DNA of 37,249 bases from Octopus bimaculoides (lineage: Eukaryota), in the NCBI RefSeq assembly GCF_001194135.2, contig NC_068988.1, positions 35,018,999 through 35,056,247 on the forward strand. The letters run 5' to 3'. The notes beneath the pieces are model-generated. The model saw only the letters and a list, made by a program, of their open reading frames with translations. It ran no database searches and had not been told where the DNA came from. Numbering within the stretch: position 1 is the stretch's first letter; each line of letters starts with the position of its first letter. Below are positions 36,162 to 37,249 of the stretch, piece by piece. The translations under genes and the position numbers were made by a program.

Positions 36162-36985
36162 ACTCTCTCATTCATATATTCATATATGTATATGAGTATA
36201 TATATATATATATATAACCTTACTACCCCATCATCAGATCAGAATCAGTCTTGTGCGTTTGCTGGTGTGGTGTTTCATAGTGAAGGGGTGCACGGGAGGA
36301 GGGAAATTGTACAGAGAATATCAGTAATGCACTAGGTCCGATTTAATCAATCAATCATTTCTACCTCCTCTACCACACGTGCCTTGCTTTTGCCTGCATA
36401 AGAAATCAATGTTATCATCATCATCCATCATCATCGTTGTCGTTGTTGTTGTTGTTGTTAAATTTTATGTTGTTGTTATTATTATTGATGATAATAATAA
36501 TAATGCTATAGCCGTTGTTGTTGTGATTCAGCTTAATAGCTGACTATGTGGTGCGATAAATGTTATCTATTCTTCAAAAGCACTATCTCTGACATTTTTC
36601 ATGTTAATATTCACATAAACAGAACTATAATGAGAACTAACACCAGCATGAGAATAATGGTTGGAAAGGCTGTTTGAGAAAAGAGGGGAGGAAAAAATAA
36701 TAATAAACTTACCTAGTTATCGATTCACTTTATGCTATGCCAGAGAGGGAGAGAGAGAGAGAGAAAAACGAAGCACTTGCCTTGGACCGTCCTTTCATTG
36801 TTCACCACTGCTGGCGTCGGTAGAGAGGGTGGCTTAATATTTTATGATGTTTTGTCCACTTCAACACAATTCTTGATTGTAATCTTGCAATGAGCGGCTT
36901 CTGCCCATAAAAACCAGTCCAATAGAAGTTTCTGTTCGTATTCTCTATAATCTGTGGAGGGCTAATCACATGTTGCTATCTTTCA

Positions 36986-37249
36986 TATATATATATATAT
37001 GTGTGTGTGTGTATATGTATATATATGTGTGTGTATATGTATATATATATATATGTGCATGTGTATATATATATGTGTGTGTATATATATATATGTGTGT
37101 GTATATACTTATGTATATATGTGTGTGTATATATATATATGTGTGTGTGTGTATTTGTATATATATATGTATATTATGTATATATATATATGTAAGTATA
37201 TATATATATATGTGTGTGTGTATATATTTATGTACATATGTGTGTGTAT
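36986..37249. repeat. Compound (TA)n/(TG)n microsatellite
   Basis: Direct inspection. Confidence 0.97.

Overview
AT-rich animal genomic DNA with six assembly N-gaps, dense microsatellites and many interspersed repeats. The repeat families resemble those I recall from Octopus (coleoid cephalopod); this is recognition, not a database result. Almost all listed ORFs are microsatellite, gap or chance artefacts. Supportable content: many tRNA-derived SINEs, 3' fragments of RTE and CR1/L2-group LINEs, decayed Tc1/mariner transposons, TTAA/piggyBac-type MITEs, and probably the 3' end of a + strand gene (candidate exons at 2278, 2951-2968 and 6433-6477, followed by a 3'UTR-like region). The most notable signal is a set of minimal type I hammerhead ribozyme motifs of the Penelope-like-element (PLE) kind. 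One is near-intact at 23571-23614. Two sit in a ~550 bp palindromic element (32302-32855) made of back-to-back tRNA-like Pol III heads, each followed by (AAT)n and a hammerhead, inserted into a SINE with a 12-bp target-site duplication. A second asymmetric palindrome lies at 988-1443. All analysis was by eye, so repeat boundaries are approximate.
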